From Callorhinchus milii (Eukaryota): a stretch of DNA of 64,000 nt. This document shows, one piece after another, positions 62,966-64,000 of the stretch. The notes beneath the pieces were generated by a model. The model did no database searches. It had not been told where the DNA came from and was given only the letters and a program-made list of their open reading frames with translations. How positions within the stretch are numbered: position 1 is the first letter of the stretch; each line of letters begins with the position of its first letter. The stretch is taken from contig NW_024704743.1 in NCBI RefSeq assembly GCF_018977255.1, positions 105,774,001-105,838,000 on the forward strand, read 5' to 3'. Made by a program: the position numbers and the translations under genes.

Positions 62966-63530
62966 GATAGGAACAGGGGGAGGTCATTCAGCCCTTCAAG
63001 CCTGTTTTGCCATTTAATGAGATCATGACTGATCTGTACCTCAACTAATCCTTTCAATTCAAATTTCCCGTTTTCTCCTGATATTCCTTAATACCCTGAC
63101 CTACCAAAAATCTATCAACCTCACTTTTGAAGATGTGGATGGATCCAGTATCCATGGCCTTTTGGGGGAGAGAATTCCAGATTTGTACCACCCTTTTTCA
63201 CTTTTTTTGAGTGAAAAAATGCTTCCTGATTTCACTCTTAAATGGCCTGGTTCTAATTTTAAGACTATGTCCCCTTGTTTTGGATTCCCCACCAGAGGAA
63301 ATAGCTTCTCTTTATCTACCCTATCGTATCCCTGTATCATCTTAAATACCTCAATCAAATCACCCCTCAACCTTCTAAACTCAAGGGAATACGATCCAAG
63401 TTTACGCGTAACAACCCTTTTAGGCCTGGTAACATTCTTGTTAGCCTGCGCTGCACACCCTCCAGGGCCAATATATTTTTCTTGAGGCTTATGAGTGTGA
63501 TAACTTCTATTCAGAGGTTGCATTTTCATG
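62966..63530 (-). mobile_element. CR1-clade LINE 3' fragment
   Basis: YSLEFRRLRGDLIEVFKMIQGYDRVDKEKLFPL is a typical CR1 ORF2 C-terminus, followed by a CR1-type 3'UTR. Confidence 0.85.
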
Positions 63531-64000
63531 GTTTAACTTCTTGCTCTCCACCTTGAATTTGGAACATTGCCTTATTTTAAGTAATTAGGTATTTTAGGAT
63601 AAAATTCAAACTTTTTTTTAATTTCTCTTTGTAATGTTCATTTCTTGTGTAAATTTGCTTGTTTTCATGTTGTTACCTGTGAAATTTAATAAAATACAAT
63701 TTACACTTCTATTGCTCCTTACATGTCGGGAGGATGTCGCAAAGCACTTGAAATGGAGTGCAAGTTGCAGGATAAATTTGGCAGATTGAGATCACCAACG
63801 GCACGGTATATTGAAAGACTAACTTTTACTTGATAACATCAGAAAGGTACTTTTCAGTTGAAGTATCTGTACAGTTGTTGGTTTAGAGTGCATCCCAGAA
63901 ATTGGTTACCATTGCTGATAACAGCTTGGCATTGACATTCTGTGAATAGTCAATAATCTTGCCCAGTCCTTTTCCTTTACTATCTTTGTTAATGAACTTC

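Overview
This is vertebrate genomic DNA, probably from a cartilaginous fish. That assignment is an inference from the L2 LINE, tRNA-derived Deu-type SINE and CR1 repeat mix. The window covers the conserved TCEA1-LYPLA1-MRPL15 block: TCEA1 coding exon 1 (- strand, 455-529), a 9-exon LYPLA1/APT1 gene (- strand, 230 aa) and a complete 5-exon MRPL15 (+ strand, 302 aa). About 18.5 kb, including LYPLA1 exons 3-9, occurs twice in tandem on either side of a 30-N gap (21964-21993). This most likely reflects an uncollapsed haplotype or contig overlap. The two copies differ by a SINE insertion with a target-site duplication, a 30-bp indel and a 1-bp frameshift in LYPLA1 exon 7. Almost all long ORFs in the track come from stop-free tandem repeats. 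I found no convincing novel multi-gene system. The best leads are the duplication, an apparently active SINE/L2 pair, an internally deleted L2, a perfect 23-bp hairpin, possible in-frame LYPLA1-TCEA1 read-through, and leaky-scanning control of APT1 Cys2.
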